Origin: Klebsormidium nitens
Lineage: Eukaryota; Plantae; Klebsormidiophyceae
NCBI GenBank assembly: GCA_000708835.1
Contig: DF237058.1
Location: forward strand, 1-64,000
Length of the DNA stretch: 64,000 nucleotides
Reading direction: 5' to 3'
The notes beneath the pieces are model-generated. The model saw only the letters and a list, made by a program, of their open reading frames with translations, was not told where the DNA came from and ran no database searches. Below, piece after piece: positions 1 to 18,817 of this stretch. Positions within the stretch are counted from its first letter, which is position 1, and each line of letters begins with the position of its first letter. Position numbers and translations under genes: made by a program.

Positions 1-789
1 TGCATCGGACTGGTTGGGACCACTTGGGTCCGCACACTCCAGGTTTCGACCCGTGGTACGACCGTTCCAGACTTTTGGATCCCGGGGGTATGACGTGGCA
101 CTCTATGATAGGCTCAGACTTTAGTCCGAACTTCATTTGGCTTGCTGCGAAAACAGGCATGATGAGCAAACTCGCAAGCGGAGCGGTAATGGATGCCTCT
201 TCGACAAGATACGGCGCTTCACGGGCGGCGGTTTCAACAGCAAGTTCAGTTGAGGCAGTCAGGAGCTAGAAACTTCGTGAGGGTGAGAAGCGGTAACGGT
301 GAAAGCCGTCTCTCATGCAAGCGCAGGTGAGACAAGTTTGAAACCCAATGTGGCTGGCGGAGGCGGCGGCAAACATCATGCACTGGGCAAGCACTGGATC
401 GGGCACTGGATAAGCCGCCTACGGTGGAATGTGTACTACTTCTATGTAGCTTTTTCAACGACCCTGGTCCATATAGTATTCAAAGAAAAGGAATCGCTTT
501 CTTTACTTCTTTAGCCAGTTTAGGTAGTTTCTCCATAGAAACTGCAGGCGGCTGCTGCATCAGCACATTCGGTGGCGATTGTGGTGGCGATTGTGCTCGT
601 ATCAACGTCCGAATCCACCACGAATCTGAGAATAACAACTTGGCTTACTGATAAGCATATACCTGATTCTGCTCAATTTCAAATGCCGTCTGGAAACTCT
701 TTCAAGCAATACTGAGCTGGTGGGGCTGAGAATTGTGCACATTATTGCACCTATGAAGGAAAGGCTATGATGATATTGGCTCGGGGAGC

Positions 790-2404
790 ATGAGCGCCGG
801 GGGGCAGTTCGGAGGGGCACGGGGCCTCAAGCCCCAACCCCCTGAGAAGGGAGTCTTTCCGCTGGATCATTTTGGGGAGTGCAAGCAGGTACGCACGTCC
901 AGGAGTTTCAATAGAGCCGCTGCTCCCCTCTACTACTTTGTCTTACCCTCTACTACTTTGTCTTACATGATTGAATTGATTGACCAGCTCAAGTGACTTT
1001 CTTCATTTTTTTCTGAAGCTGCTTATTGACAATGCCTCAGCTGGAAAGTGGTTGATGACAGTGGCAACTCCCGTCCTGGTTGGAGCTTGGGCAAGATGCT
1101 GGCTGGTCTAAGTTGTTTGTTGTGAATTGAGGATAGATATGATTACTTGCTTCTCTGATCGGTGACTTTGGAGTCCAGAAGCTCATGAGGAAGTCATGTC
1201 AAACCTCTTGCTGCCTGCTCTTCAGCATGATTGGTTGCAGCCAAAACGTCGGATTAAGTGTCAACCACAAATTACCTGGGCCCATTCCTGGCGCCTGCTT
1301 TTAGTTTGCAGCTTTTCAGACAAGCGTCTTTAAGTGTGTGTCTTTCTCTTTCAAAGACTTGAAGTGAGAATCTATCAAGCTCGGTCCTTCCTTGTGTAGC
1401 GTGCTGTTCCTCGCAGACAGCAGAAGGAAAGGAACAGTTTCAAAGAAGACACCAGTCCAAAAACAAGCTTGAATGAGCAGGCAGAAAAGCTGGTGTCGTA
1501 GCGTTATGTGGCTGGCTTACGGAAAATACTGCCTTCAGGAGAGACCTTGACCTTTGAACAAACAGCCATCGATTCAGAGCTCTCAACCAGAGTTTCCGCT
1601 TGCTTTCAATTCAGTCGATAAGGAAGACGCACAAAGCGGCTTTTAATATCTTCTTTGGTCAGTTTTGGGCAAAAGGTGTATGTGAGGCCCGTCTCTTGCA
1701 TTTCTCTTGTTGCTCCTGAATTTCGACCTGATCAGACCAACCACGAAGATGCCTGGCAACGAATTGCTGTTTTGTTTTGATACCTTGACAGCATATGGCG
1801 GCCTACATGGCCTGCTTGAAGGAGCATGGGAGCCAGTCGGAGCCCTGCCGGGAGCTCTCCAAAACGTACCTGCAATGTCGAATGGAGCGGTAAGGCCTTC
1901 TGAAAACGGCTGCCTAACATTTGGAGGGCAGTTTAGCTGGGGAACTCAGCTTCTTGTTGAACGCAATATCCACCATTTTGGAAGGTCGATGGAGCGCATT
2001 CGAAGGTCTGTCCACTTCGTTTAGTGGGGCCCAGTCATAAACGCGATGCTTCAAACCGTTTGTTGACGGAAGTGTTCAATTCAAGGGATCCAGAGCCCGC
2101 AGGTTGAGAGGACCTCTTTAAATTACAAACAGCAACTGTCTTACTATAGATGGAACGAGTTACTCGTTTGGAAGAAATCTTTGGAAGGTTTCCAGTATCT
2201 CTTGCAGTTGGTCACAAAATCTTCAGTTGTTCTTACAAGGAGTTTACTTTCATGCGATGCAGTAATCTGATGGCGAAGCAAGACTTAGAGGAGCTAGGTT
2301 TTCGAGAGGGGTCGAACGAGCGGGAGCAACCAACTTCGTCGACTGAAACGGACGAGAAGAAACGGACGGGCTTCATCGGCGGATTAAGCAGTGTCAAGCG
2401 CTGA
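790..2404 (+). CDS. COX19: Cytochrome c oxidase assembly protein COX19 (twin CX9C), 112 aa, 3 exons
   Basis: Exons 790-888, 1792-1889, 2263-2404 join in phase with GT-AG sites: MSAGGQFGGARGLKPQPPEKGVFPLDHFGECKQ/HMAAYMACLKEHGSQSEPCRELSKTYLQCRMER/NLMAKQDLEELGF. The PPEKGxFPLDH motif plus two CX9C motifs is diagnostic. Confidence 0.96.
927..966. repeat. Perfect 20-nt tandem duplication in COX19 intron 1
   Basis: CCTCTACTACTTTGTCTTAC x2 (927-946, 947-966). Confidence 0.9.
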
Positions 2405-3411
2405 ACCCTTGCAAGATTCCCGAAGGTTCTGCGTGAGCTTACCGATTTGACATCCGCACGAGATTAACTGCACTGAACAAACAGCAGACTGACGATGTAA
2501 AGCACATCATCTACATGACAGGAGGGCGGGCTGGGACATGACGCAGGCCTACACAAAGCTCCTGAGGTTTTGCTAGCTACAAAGTTCTGACGTCGCTTTC
2601 CAACTAATGTTGCCTTTCTTGCAATCCCGCCGTTGGCGGTGGCGTTTGTGGTTCACGATGAAAGTTGCAAACAATGATGCTTTCTGAATTCTGTCACCCA
2701 TGCCTAAGCTGCCGCCAAATGCAGGCCCTTCAACCTAGATAAATCCCGCTGGTTACTGTATCAATGAGCATCTTGTGCTCAGTCATGCAAATTTGATCTG
2801 CGGCTTTAATTGGATATGTTGGATATTTGGATCCGCTCACTGAGTGAGCCGATACGTGTGAATGTGGCCGAGAAGGCAAAGCAATCTCTCATGCAGACTT
2901 AATGACACCGCCATCCATGACAGACATGCAATATGTCATGATATCCACAGTTCATGTTATACTGCAGCAGTAGGGAGCACCGTCGCAGTGACTAAGATAC
3001 ACATAACACGCTTATGCAACATCTTACCAATGTGCTGGCATACTACACGTACGCACTAGAAATGATCATGCAAGTGCATGTGCATATGCTTGACGAACAT
3101 GCAGCCACTGTGGCATTGTAACGTCTGCTAATCGGATGAATGATAGCTTTGAGCCATCAGTGAACCGCGGTGGCAGGCCAGAAATGCGTCCCAGCAATGA
3201 GGGTCACTGCATACACTTATACCGCAGCTATCCTACAAGCTTGCACGCAGAACGAAGTAACAAATTCCTGGCTTTTGATGAGGAAGTCGTCGAAATGTCA
3301 AAATCATCCAAGCCGTCTACAGACGGTCGCTCCTTCATGACTTGTGGCACCTTGTGCAAGGACCCGAATCGGCTTTAGCTCGAATCTAGTATGGAACGGT
3401 GACAAAATAGC

Positions 3412-6400
3412 TCACGAGCTTGTCAGAGCCTTCACGTGGTGGGTGATGTGATCCGGCATGAAAGTCGCGATGGTATAGTAGCTGTGGTCGTATCCGTCCT
3501 GCATTCTCAACTTGACGCCGATGCCATTGCTTTTACAGGCCTCGGCAAACTCCTCAGGCAGCAGCTGCTTCTGGTGCAAAAAGTTGTCCTGTGAACCCTG
3601 CGCAAAACGCAAATGGAACGTTGCAGAACATGAGAAACCTCAAGAATACGACGACCTAAAGATGCTTGCCAAGAGCAAACTGTTCGAATACCACCGCAAA
3701 GAAGTCCTTGACAAATAGTCTGGAGGTGGGAAGGGCTGCTTTGGCTTCGAAGTGAAGAATGGGCGGATGTCGAAATAACGACATAAAACTGTCCTTGCGA
3801 AGACTTGTCCGGTTTTTAAAAGGCCATCATACTCTGGATGTGGACCAATTTCAAAGCTATTGCAGAAGCCGGGCACTCAGAATCTGCCTAAAGGGTCAAG
3901 GGGAAGTTTGAGCCAGTAGTCGAGGAGCTTTACTCTACGACCAGCTTCTTGACTGGGCGGGAAAACAACTTCATGACAGGAAATGACGACGGGACAGGGA
4001 GTCAAGCGACGACATTACCTGATCGATCAAGATATGGAAGTCCTTGTTGCCGCTGAACTTCTGCGCTAGCACGGTAGCGTCGTATTCCTGCAAACGCAAT
4101 TGATGAGTGAGCGTCGAATTTAGAAGACGCCAAAACCCGCAGACTGCACTGAACGCAATCATCTGAAGCATGCTGTCCAGATTTGGACGACCTCGAGACT
4201 TGGATTCGAGTAGAAATGGAAGTCTTCTGTTTTGAAAAGTTCTCCGGTTTCAGTCAAAAACAAAGTAAGATTTCCGATTGGCTCGGAATCTACAGCTCCA
4301 GCGACACAACGGCATTTCTGTCGGACCAATGCCTCCAGTGGACGAATGGTACTGCAATCAAAGGCTGGACCTTGTGACTACGACTCAACGGCAAAGCTGA
4401 CACGAGGCTTTAGCACTTTGCAGAACTCAAGCGTACCTCCCATTTTGACTTGTCCGACCCCAAATACCCTGTGAAGGCTTTGACGCCCCAGGGGCAGTTG
4501 CTGGGGTGGCAGATAGGGGCGAATGCGGACACCGTCTGCACAAAAGAATTCGACCGAAAATGATTGGAATTTCTGCCCCGAAAAAATAATTACTGTACTC
4601 CATGATGAGCGACAGGCGTACCCTGGGGCAGAACTCGACCTTGGCTGCGGCTTAGCCTTGCTTCGTGCAGATGAGCAGATGATGGCGTTGTTTGATCATC
4701 TCCCTCTGTTAGGTTGATTCGATCCGGATATGAAAGGCCGGGACCCCAGAAACAAACGCAACACCCACCTTGTACTTGTCACGGTTCTTGAGGAAGATGG
4801 TCAGCGCGCCGTGGCCGCCCATGGAGTGTCCGAAAATGGACGCGTTGCTGGTGTCCAGCTGAGGAAAGTGCGTCCGAAGAAGCTCGGGCAGCTCCTTGAC
4901 AACGTAGTCGTACATCCGCCATGCCTTCCACTTGTCCTCAGTAGCGTTCAGGTAGAAACCGGCACCTGAGATGAAGGGGAGTAGTTTGAGATTGATGGCC
5001 TTTCAAGCCGCGTTCCTGTGAAGCCAGTCGTTCATGGTGGTCTTCTGAAAAGAAGGATCGGAGAAACCGGGTGTCACTATTGTAGTGCTTTCTGGTGTTC
5101 TGTTGACAGCATCATGAGACAGCAACTCTGAAAGATAATCTGCGACACGAAGAATCGTGAATAAGCCTAGATCATCAACTACGAATTGATGTACGCTCTA
5201 CAAAAACGGAGCTTCATTTTTCAGAACATCACCATTGACTGAACAAGTTGCCACCTTTGAGCCAGTCGCTGTAGGCAGGTAACATTGACCATCAAGTTCT
5301 CTCAAATTTCACATTGGGAATGTCGGTGTTCAAAGACTATCCAGCGAAGGGGCCAAAACGGTGCTTAAGGTTCACCTTAACCTCTAACAGAGGTTTGGAA
5401 GAGAGTATCTTACAGGGCATTCTACAAAAATCTCAACCCCAATCACATGGATGACGAAAGAACGACGAGTAGGGCCAAGACTCACCGACTCCAAAGTCCC
5501 AGCTATCAGCCTCCCCCTCCACATTCAAGCCACCTGCAATTTCCAATCAATCAAATCATCGGCTGGCTTTCAAAAAGTCGCACCTGCTGATCAAATCTGG
5601 GAGCACTTTGAGTGATACCGCTGTGACACATGGCATCATTTTAAGCAACAGAATCAGCTGTCAATTTGGAACAAGAGAGTGGTGCGGCGTTACTCAAAGT
5701 CTGATCTAGCATCTTACGACTAGATATGCTCAGAAGATGTAACTTGATGCCATTGGGCTTCCTTACGTGGGGATGTATCGCAAGCCACGATGGCAACTCC
5801 TTTCTCAGCAGCATCGCGCTGGACGCCAGACTTCTGGATGACATTCTCGTCAGTGCATGTGAGCCCAGACAGCCAGTAGAGGACCTGGAAGCACAGAAGG
5901 GAATTCAGAGTAAGGCAAGGGTGTCAACTGGTCACTCATATTTCCTCGTCAGCGGAGCGAATGTGCTTCAGAGAATAATCTGCATCAGTGGCTCATGGAT
6001 TCTTAACCATTTTGGTGATTGAAAGCAAGTCAAGAAACATTTCCTCCCTCCCAGATTGTGGTACTGTTCAGGCGCTCACCGGTACTTTCCCCTTCTCTGC
6101 TGCCGGTGGAAAGTACACAGTGAACTTCATAGGCACTCCAATCGTACTGCTTTCATGCTCATATCTCTTATTGAAGCCGCCAAACTGCTTTGTTGAGCTG
6201 ATCTCCTTTGGGGCCGCCATTTGTGGTGGCTGATCAGTAGCAGCTGCCCTCGCAGAGAAGCCCCTTGGCTGTACCTCCCTGTTCAGTTGAGGCGTTATAA
6301 GTAAGGTGCTAAAAGGACTTTTCGGAACTTCAGCGATTCTTGGCCTGCTAAAAAAGAAATTTTTTGCTACATGCAGACTGCTTGAGCTCCTAGAAAACGC

Positions 6401-6505
6401 CCCAACAAATGCGCCTTTGCGCAACGACGTGCTTGCGCCAGGAAAGCGTGCGCCGATCAGCTCGTGCGCAGCATTGATGCAGAGGCGGGCAGAGGCAATG
6501 CTCAT
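3412..6505 (-). CDS. SFGH: S-formylglutathione hydrolase (esterase D / FrmB family) with 95-aa N-terminal extension, 380 aa, 7 exons
   Basis: Exons 6505-6080, 5884-5767, 5533-5486, 4965-4769, 4535-4437, 4087-4019, 3597-3412, all GT-AG and in phase. Motifs [29 protein letters not shown] (catalytic Ser), DQGSQDNFL (Asp) and GYDHSYY (His). The conserved core starts at a second ATG (6220, MAAPKEISS). Confidence 0.96.
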
Positions 6506-6926
6506 GGTGCAATAACTGCAGTGGCGGCTCTAGAACGCCCCCTCAGACGCCATGCAAATGCTGCACGCACTGAAAATGCAGGCATTGGAGAAGGATGTCA
6601 GCTTCATCAAACCCTAAAAGTTGTTAAAGTTGTGTGCCCTATAACAGCTGATTCAGTTTGATTCAGTTCCAAGATTCACAGACCCCGAGCAAACAGAACC
6701 CACTTTTCTAACCCGGAACCTAACGCGCTCTGCATCCCAAACCCACCCTAACAACCTTATCACTCAAGGCGTCCCCCGGGCGCATGTTGTAAGTTAAGGC
6801 ACAACAGGGTTACCAGAGTTATGTGCATATTAGAGTTCTCCAGAAACCCTAAAAGCAGTACTTTTTCCACGTACCACCATTTTCTTGAAGACATCTGCCA
6901 CTGCCAGCTCACGCCCTCTCTCCAGA
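6506..6926. promoter_or_regulatory. Shared divergent promoter of SFGH and GSNOR with two telo-boxes
   Basis: 421 bp between the opposed first ATGs; AAACCCTAA at 6609-6617 and 6844-6852. Promoter function is inferred from position. Confidence 0.7.
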
Positions 6927-12703
<5,777 letters not shown>

Positions 12704-13593
12704 AAAGCAGGTTCAAGTTCCTGCTCGAGCGGCTTCGTCCGACTTTGTTTTGGCCTCAAGTTTTGTAGAATATTCGAGCATGCAACAGACTTATCCACAG
12801 CTTTAGAACAGGTTCTTACAGATCAGATAAGGACGATGCAATTTTTAACTATCAAAGGTCCGTGCACTGTATGTGATCCGTGCGCCTTAGTCGCCATTCT
12901 AGCTCCTACCTTTCGACATATGATCGTCAAATTTTCAACGTTTAATCTGGCGGAGCTGGGGTATTCGTTGATACCCACGTAGTACGTACTGCAAAATCAA
13001 TGCGATTGATTTGACATCGCGCATTTGTCTACAAGATCTTGCAATACATACGTACTGCATGGACACCAACTTGCATATAAAGCTCTGCATGAATTAACTT
13101 ATCCAGCCGTGCCATGATGGCAGTGACCGTAGTTCATTGCATTTGAATGCAAATTTACGGCTTGCAATGTATGATCCGGTGAAGATTGCGCATGCACATG
13201 AAAAGTGTACTAAGTGGGCTCATGCATATTTAAACGATGGAATGCATCTGACGCGGGTTGATGAGGCGTTTTATGAAGCTTTATTAATTTCGAATCATTT
13301 ATGAGATCCGATGTTAGGTATTAACAATTACGAGTCTGTTAGATCCACTGCATTTGGCGGCGGCAACTTCCTTAAGAAATGTAGCTTTGGTCGGTTTGTC
13401 CCGCTTCGTAGGTGGGCCAACACACTGCATGCCGGCATAGCGTTGCACCGGCTGCGTTATCAAATACAAGCCATAAAAGGTATCATCTTACAAGCTGGCC
13501 CAATCACTTGTCACCCTAGCATGGTAATGTATGACGTACATACAGTGGACGGTGATAACCTACATTATACACAAAAGACGGCGTCTCCGTGCC

Positions 13594-16439
13594 CTACTTC
13601 AGGTCGTACGGCCCTTCGATCGCCCAGCTCCAAGTCCCCCCCGCCCCAAACTTAACCGCCAAATGGATCCACAATTCCGCGAGGGACTCCAAATTCCGGG
13701 CATACCGCAGAGGTCCGACATAGACCGGACGGAATCCCACGTCGCTGATGACCTTGGTCACTGTTGCTTTGGCGGATTCCGGTTCCGCTGGGCCCGCAAA
13801 CAGCATGTCGGTTTTGGACAGCCCGCCGATCTTTGGGTCGCCTAGGATCTCCGCTCCCAGCGTGTTGAAGGCCTTGTAAACGATCGCTTTTCGGAGGACC
13901 TGAGAGGTATGGCGTCTTTGTCGGGTCTCGCAAAGGGATATGGACGAAACACACCATGAAAAAAACATTGGAAGGGGACGGAAGCACGGAAACACAAAAG
14001 ACGGGGACGGAAAGCGGGTTGGTTACAGAGGCCTGCTAATCGAGCTACGCACAACATATGCGTGATCAGTCAGCCCAAGAAAGATTCGATTAGATGGCTT
14101 GGAAAGACGAGCTGAAGGCGATGAGCAAATTATAGCAATGCTCAAAAGGGAACGGGTTGATTGAACGGACGAGTAAACAATTATGAAATGAGCAGGCGTG
14201 AACGACCTTGAAGGGACGAAGTGCTTGGCCAAGTAAGAATCTCAGATGAGCTGAGAGGAAGGGGCAGCTCTAGCAATCTAAGATCACGTGCTTTCTCCGA
14301 AACACATAATGTCTTGCACGTTTGCTCAAACTTCCTGCCTCGTCATCAACCAACACCCGTCGATCTTTGAAGCCTCCTTGAACAAATCTCACAAATGAAA
14401 AGCACAAGGCGATCTCAACGCTGGACTCGTTTGAAATTTTGAGGTGGCGAAACACCTCTTCCTGTTCACTGTGCCAAGAAGGCAAAAAACTCGCACGGTT
14501 GTCCCGGTGTCAAAGCGGCAAATTAAGCACTTGTATCACTCGATGGATCACACACATCGTTTTAGCAGAGTCTGAGGCACGTGGCTTTCAGAGCGCCTAA
14601 ACAGGCGAAGCTTCGAGCAACCAGTCGCCCACTGCTCCCTTTCATTGCTTCATAAATCGTTGTCATTCAACGATTTCCTCAAGTCCCCCTTGGGAGCCAG
14701 TTGCCAATCCCTACACGACAATTGTGCCCAGGTCTCGATCCAACTTGGAAAGCAGACTCAAGGTCGATAAGAATTGGGGACGGAGAAAAGTGTTTGAGGA
14801 GCTCACGCTCTGAATGTGATCGGAGGCGCTGGCATGGTTCTGGTTCACAGCGATGTCCAAGTTTGGCCAACTAGTGAGCTGCAAGAAGCAAGCGATGCGT
14901 GAGACCTTTGCGGCCTTTCGAAAGACGGCAAGGACAGGAATCGTTCGGCACTTACTAATCCTGACAGTCCCTGTTTTGTGCGATCTCAGCTGCATCTCGA
15001 ATGGAACATTTCTGTTTGATTGCTGAAAAGAAACCCGAATCGTCCTCTACGTGCATTCTGGAACCCGCTTGTCTTTCATCACAAAAGGGAAGCCGTTCCT
15101 CGAGGACACAGGCGGGCTGTTGTGGCATGATCTAGTTTGCCAGGAACGACAGATCCATCTTTCTTAAATGCACAAATAGGTCAAATATATCAAATAGGTA
15201 GGAGAGGCCAATGATGCAAGAGAGACAACTTCGAAGGAGTCACAGCAACAGATGATGGAGCCCTCTGAATCAAGAAATGACTACGAAAACCTGCTTGCAG
15301 GGCGGGAAAGGGAGAAAAAAAGTTCAGAGGAGGCAGTACATACTACTCTGCATTTGTTGGTAGCACATGAAAGCAAGAGCGGTGACGAAAACTTCCGCTC
15401 ACCGGGTTTGAAGCATCAATGACAACCACCCCTTCCAGCTCCCCAAGGGGGGTCAACACCGGCGACCATTCTGTGGGGGAGGTCATTCCTGGGGTCGCCA
15501 CAATGAGCACATCAATCTTGGCAGCTTTCGCTTCCTCAAAGCTCGCCGACTTGACAGTCCCGCTTGCGCCCTCAGAGGCGACAAACTCGACGGCCGCCTT
15601 TGCTTTGTCGTCGGTTGGGTTCCGAGATGTTAAGATGAGGTTGTGACCTGCGGAAGAGTGTTAAGAAGGGGATGGTGACCGAGGATCTTCAAATGGGAAG
15701 TGGAGGGTAACTAGAAGTGCCGAACAGCTATGATCCGCCAGCTTGATAAGGACTCTTGACTTGTTACTTACTGTATGAGTGCCTGATCTACTTTCTCAGT
15801 GGGCCATTGCTCATAAAACCGCTCTCAAACATTGCCTTTTTCCAAGGCAGCTGCCAAAATTGCGCCTCTCTCCAGCGTTCAACTGACTGAGGTGGTGAGA
15901 ACTTTCGCGCAATCTTGCATTTTGTCCATGAGGACAGGCGTTTTGTAACCTTGTGAGAATTAGCAACAGCATTTTGAGTAAAGCATGAGGCAATGTATAC
16001 TTCAGATGAGAAGAAGGTTCCAGTTGCAAGCGTTTGGCTTTTTCCAAAATGTGTTCCATTCACATGCTGCATTCAATTGCAGGCCCACACAGAAATTTGA
16101 TCCACCACTAATGGTGCTTCATACCACCACTGACTTATTCAAGAGGCTCTGCGCACAGCTTCCCTATTCACTAAGCCACTGTATCTCATAATTCTGCAAA
16201 CATTGATGCTCTTTGCGTGCATTGCTCTTTGCACCCTTCTAGCTAGACAGAGTAGATTGCTAAGTGGAGAAAGACAATGGGAGTGATGCACAGAGACCAC
16301 AATCAACCAACTGGTGCGGCAATAGCAAATCTTTGCAGGCCCCTGACGGCAAGCGCTCACCTGCAACAGCCAGTCTGTGCGCCAGCTTGGACCCGACATT
16401 GCCGCTGCCACCTAGAACCACTATATTCAACGGAGCCAT
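13594..16439 (-). CDS. NADP oxidoreductase, coenzyme F420-dependent family (dinucleotide-binding, COG2085-like), 233 aa, 4 exons
   Basis: Exons 16439-16361, 15647-15403, 14878-14807, 13899-13594 in phase: MAPLNIVVLGGSGNVGSKLA (Rossmann GxGxxG)...LTSRNP...VIDASNPL...VYKAFNT...GFRPVYVGPLRYARNLESLAELWIHL. Confidence 0.88.
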
Positions 16440-17081
16440 TTGCTTTTACTGATCGAGCTTAATTAGTCTCAGCAACCACGTACCACCATCAACAGTCTAC
16501 AGCGGACGCAGTACAGGCCCACGATGCATTTCTGAGGCCGGTTGCGCCCGCCTGGTTCACAAAGCTGAGCACAATACAAGCTGTCACTCTCGGGAAAGTG
16601 TTGCAATGCTGATAGCGTCCTGCTTTTTACAGCTAGGTATGCACCGAGACAGACGAGCTGTGAGAACCAGAAATGCTCTCGATCTGCCTTGGAAACTTTT
16701 GTCGTGCTGAATGATAATCAGTGCAAATACGAGCATTGTTGGACATCAATTGAGCAGCACTCGACCTTAGTCCTGTGCAGCATGTGCAATGTGCATGCAC
16801 CTTGCATATGAAGCAAAACGCACATGTACGAGCACTGAGCAGCCCAGCTCAGGCTAGCTGTACACAGTCTAAAACACGGCAATGTACCGTATCCGGACTC
16901 GACTAGTACTACGACCGGGAATAGACTCGGGTGTAAGAGCAAGGAGTCGGAACTCGGGACACCTAGTCAGCGACTCAGCTTGTGCCGTCCGTATGCAAGT
17001 ACCTTCAGCCTACATCACTGAGGGCTGGCACCGGTAGAGTGGAAAAGGAAAGACCTTGTGACCGGAAAAACCACCCCGGTC

Positions 17082-17469
17082 AGTACTGGCAGGGGGACCA
17101 AACGCCCCGGGTAAGAAAGTTAGCAACATGAACCATGTGCCAGCAGCTAAACGGCGAATTGCCCGGAACTGAAAATTGTTGGGATTGAACCTCCACAGGG
17201 TCACCTTTCAAAACCCAGAGTTTGGGGTCCGGGCAACGCGCCGTTTAGGACGAATTGGGGGCAGGTTTAGGTGGGTTAACCACCCAAAAAACTATCAACC
17301 CACCTCTAACACTTGCCTTAACCCTTTCCTCAGACTAACCGAGGACCGCATTGGGCTCGGGACATCTAAACTATGCAATCTTGACCGTCCAGATCGGAAA
17401 ATGTCTCATCTGACGGTGCGGATCATGGTTCGCTCTGTTTCAGTGGTGTTTGGTCCCCCTCAGTACTGG
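17082..17469. mobile_element. Non-autonomous hAT-type DNA transposon (MITE), 372 bp, with 8-bp target-site duplication
   Basis: Element 17090-17461. Left end is CAGGGGGACCAAACGCC; the right end read on the minus strand is GAGGGGGACCAAACACC (15/17 match). It is flanked by identical AGTACTGG at 17082-17089 and 17462-17469. No transposase ORF. Confidence 0.85.
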
Positions 17470-17596
17470 TACGAGAATGGCCGGGGCCCGATTTAACGGT
17501 CTCGACTGCCCGTACGTCCTGGAGCTTGCGATTGACGTCAATTTCCAGTGACGTCCCTTCTCGGCACTGGTGTCCTGGGCCCTGGCGGCCGCAGTC

Positions 17597-17625
17597 CGGA
17601 CTCCGTCGGACTCCGTCGGACTCCG
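17597..17625. repeat. 10-nt tandem repeat (CGGACTCCGT) x2.9
   Basis: CGGACTCCGT CGGACTCCGT CGGACTCCG directly visible. Confidence 0.85.
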
Positions 17626-18817
17626 GATGTGGATGCCATGATGGAATGTCCGACAAGATGCTGTCGGAACATATGGAATTGCTGGGGCTCAGTGAAGAAC
17701 ACGAAATTCCCACGAAGGATCAGTAGGTATTGTATGTGTAATGTCTGCACTGTAGCTAAAAGTATTCAACAGTCGAGGCGTGTTGTAGCAACCCTTTCAG
17801 CCCGGAGGCTACTAGGAGAAGTCATCATCACTTTCTTTCCGGAAAGAAAGTGCGAATCATGCAACTGGAATCGCAGCCAGGTCGGAAATTTGAACCCGCG
17901 ATCTATCGAGAGGGGATCGAGAGTCGATTTTCGCAGAGTCCCTCGGTCTCATACCACCGTCAAGACCATGCGGCCTGAAGCATGGCCCGTCCCTGAGCTA
18001 ACTTAATTAAGTAGAATAAGTATACCTAGTAGTGTAGAACGACGACAACGACGAAGTCCAATATTCGTCGTCCTCGTTGACGACAAATGGTTCCGGTCCG
18101 ACCATGAGCCCTCGCAATGCGAGCTATTGTTTCTTGAGATCAGTTCACGTGGCCGGATGAGAGGATGAGATTGACCTTGGCACGGAACCGTCCCACCTAG
18201 CTCTTTAGACAACTAGTCCACGAGCAGACGTTGGCGGTCGAAGCTAGTTGTTCAAAGCAACAAGGCTGGCAATGGATTCATGTCTAAGATGTGTATATGC
18301 AGGATGTTGTCTCAATCAACGAGTGGAGACAGTCCTTGGGGAGGAGGTTATCATCGAATCAGGGAACCATTCCTTAAGACGGTTTCGATCACGCGGATTC
18401 TAGAATCATAGGCAACCTTCACAGATAGGCAGCATTGGGGCAGGCCAAAATTGCTGAGCAGTTTTTATCAGATTCATGCAAGACCACCCGCCGGCTTTCC
18501 TAATAGACACGGGCACATCTGTCGAAGTATGATGCATGTCCACTTGCTGCCGCGTAGTGAAAGCAGGATTCCGACCTCCCTCGGCATCAAACAGCATCAA
18601 GCTCTTTGTCTTCCAGTGACACGTTTACGCCGATGGCAACCAAGACAAAGGGGACAATGTGGTTAAGTATGTATGGCTACCTACGGTATTGGTTAGGATT
18701 TTCTGAAGCTGCATCAGAGTCCCCAGGTCACCAGTACTCGAACTTTCACCAGACCCAGTATTCGAACATACACTGAACAAACTGAAAAACCCAATGATTG
18801 GCAGTACCGTCCTACTT

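Noticed and set aside
1-265. Stop-free minus-strand frame (LLTASTELAVE...SQPVRC) running off the window start; a possible divergent partner of COX19
   Set aside because: Bounded by an in-frame TAG, no recognisable motif, and no upstream exon could be linked; it cannot be supported from this window.
13311-13655. Possible additional 3' exon of the F420-family gene / 114-aa plus-strand ORF
   Set aside because: The upstream exon reads through to a plausible family-like C-terminus and stop at 13594; the ORF has no recognisable features.
17548-18212. 152-aa ORF and an 8-bp hairpin (18048-18071) as a possible Helitron or transposase remnant
   Set aside because: No transposase or Rep/Hel motifs, the stem is short, and the nearby CTAG is not followed by the expected T.
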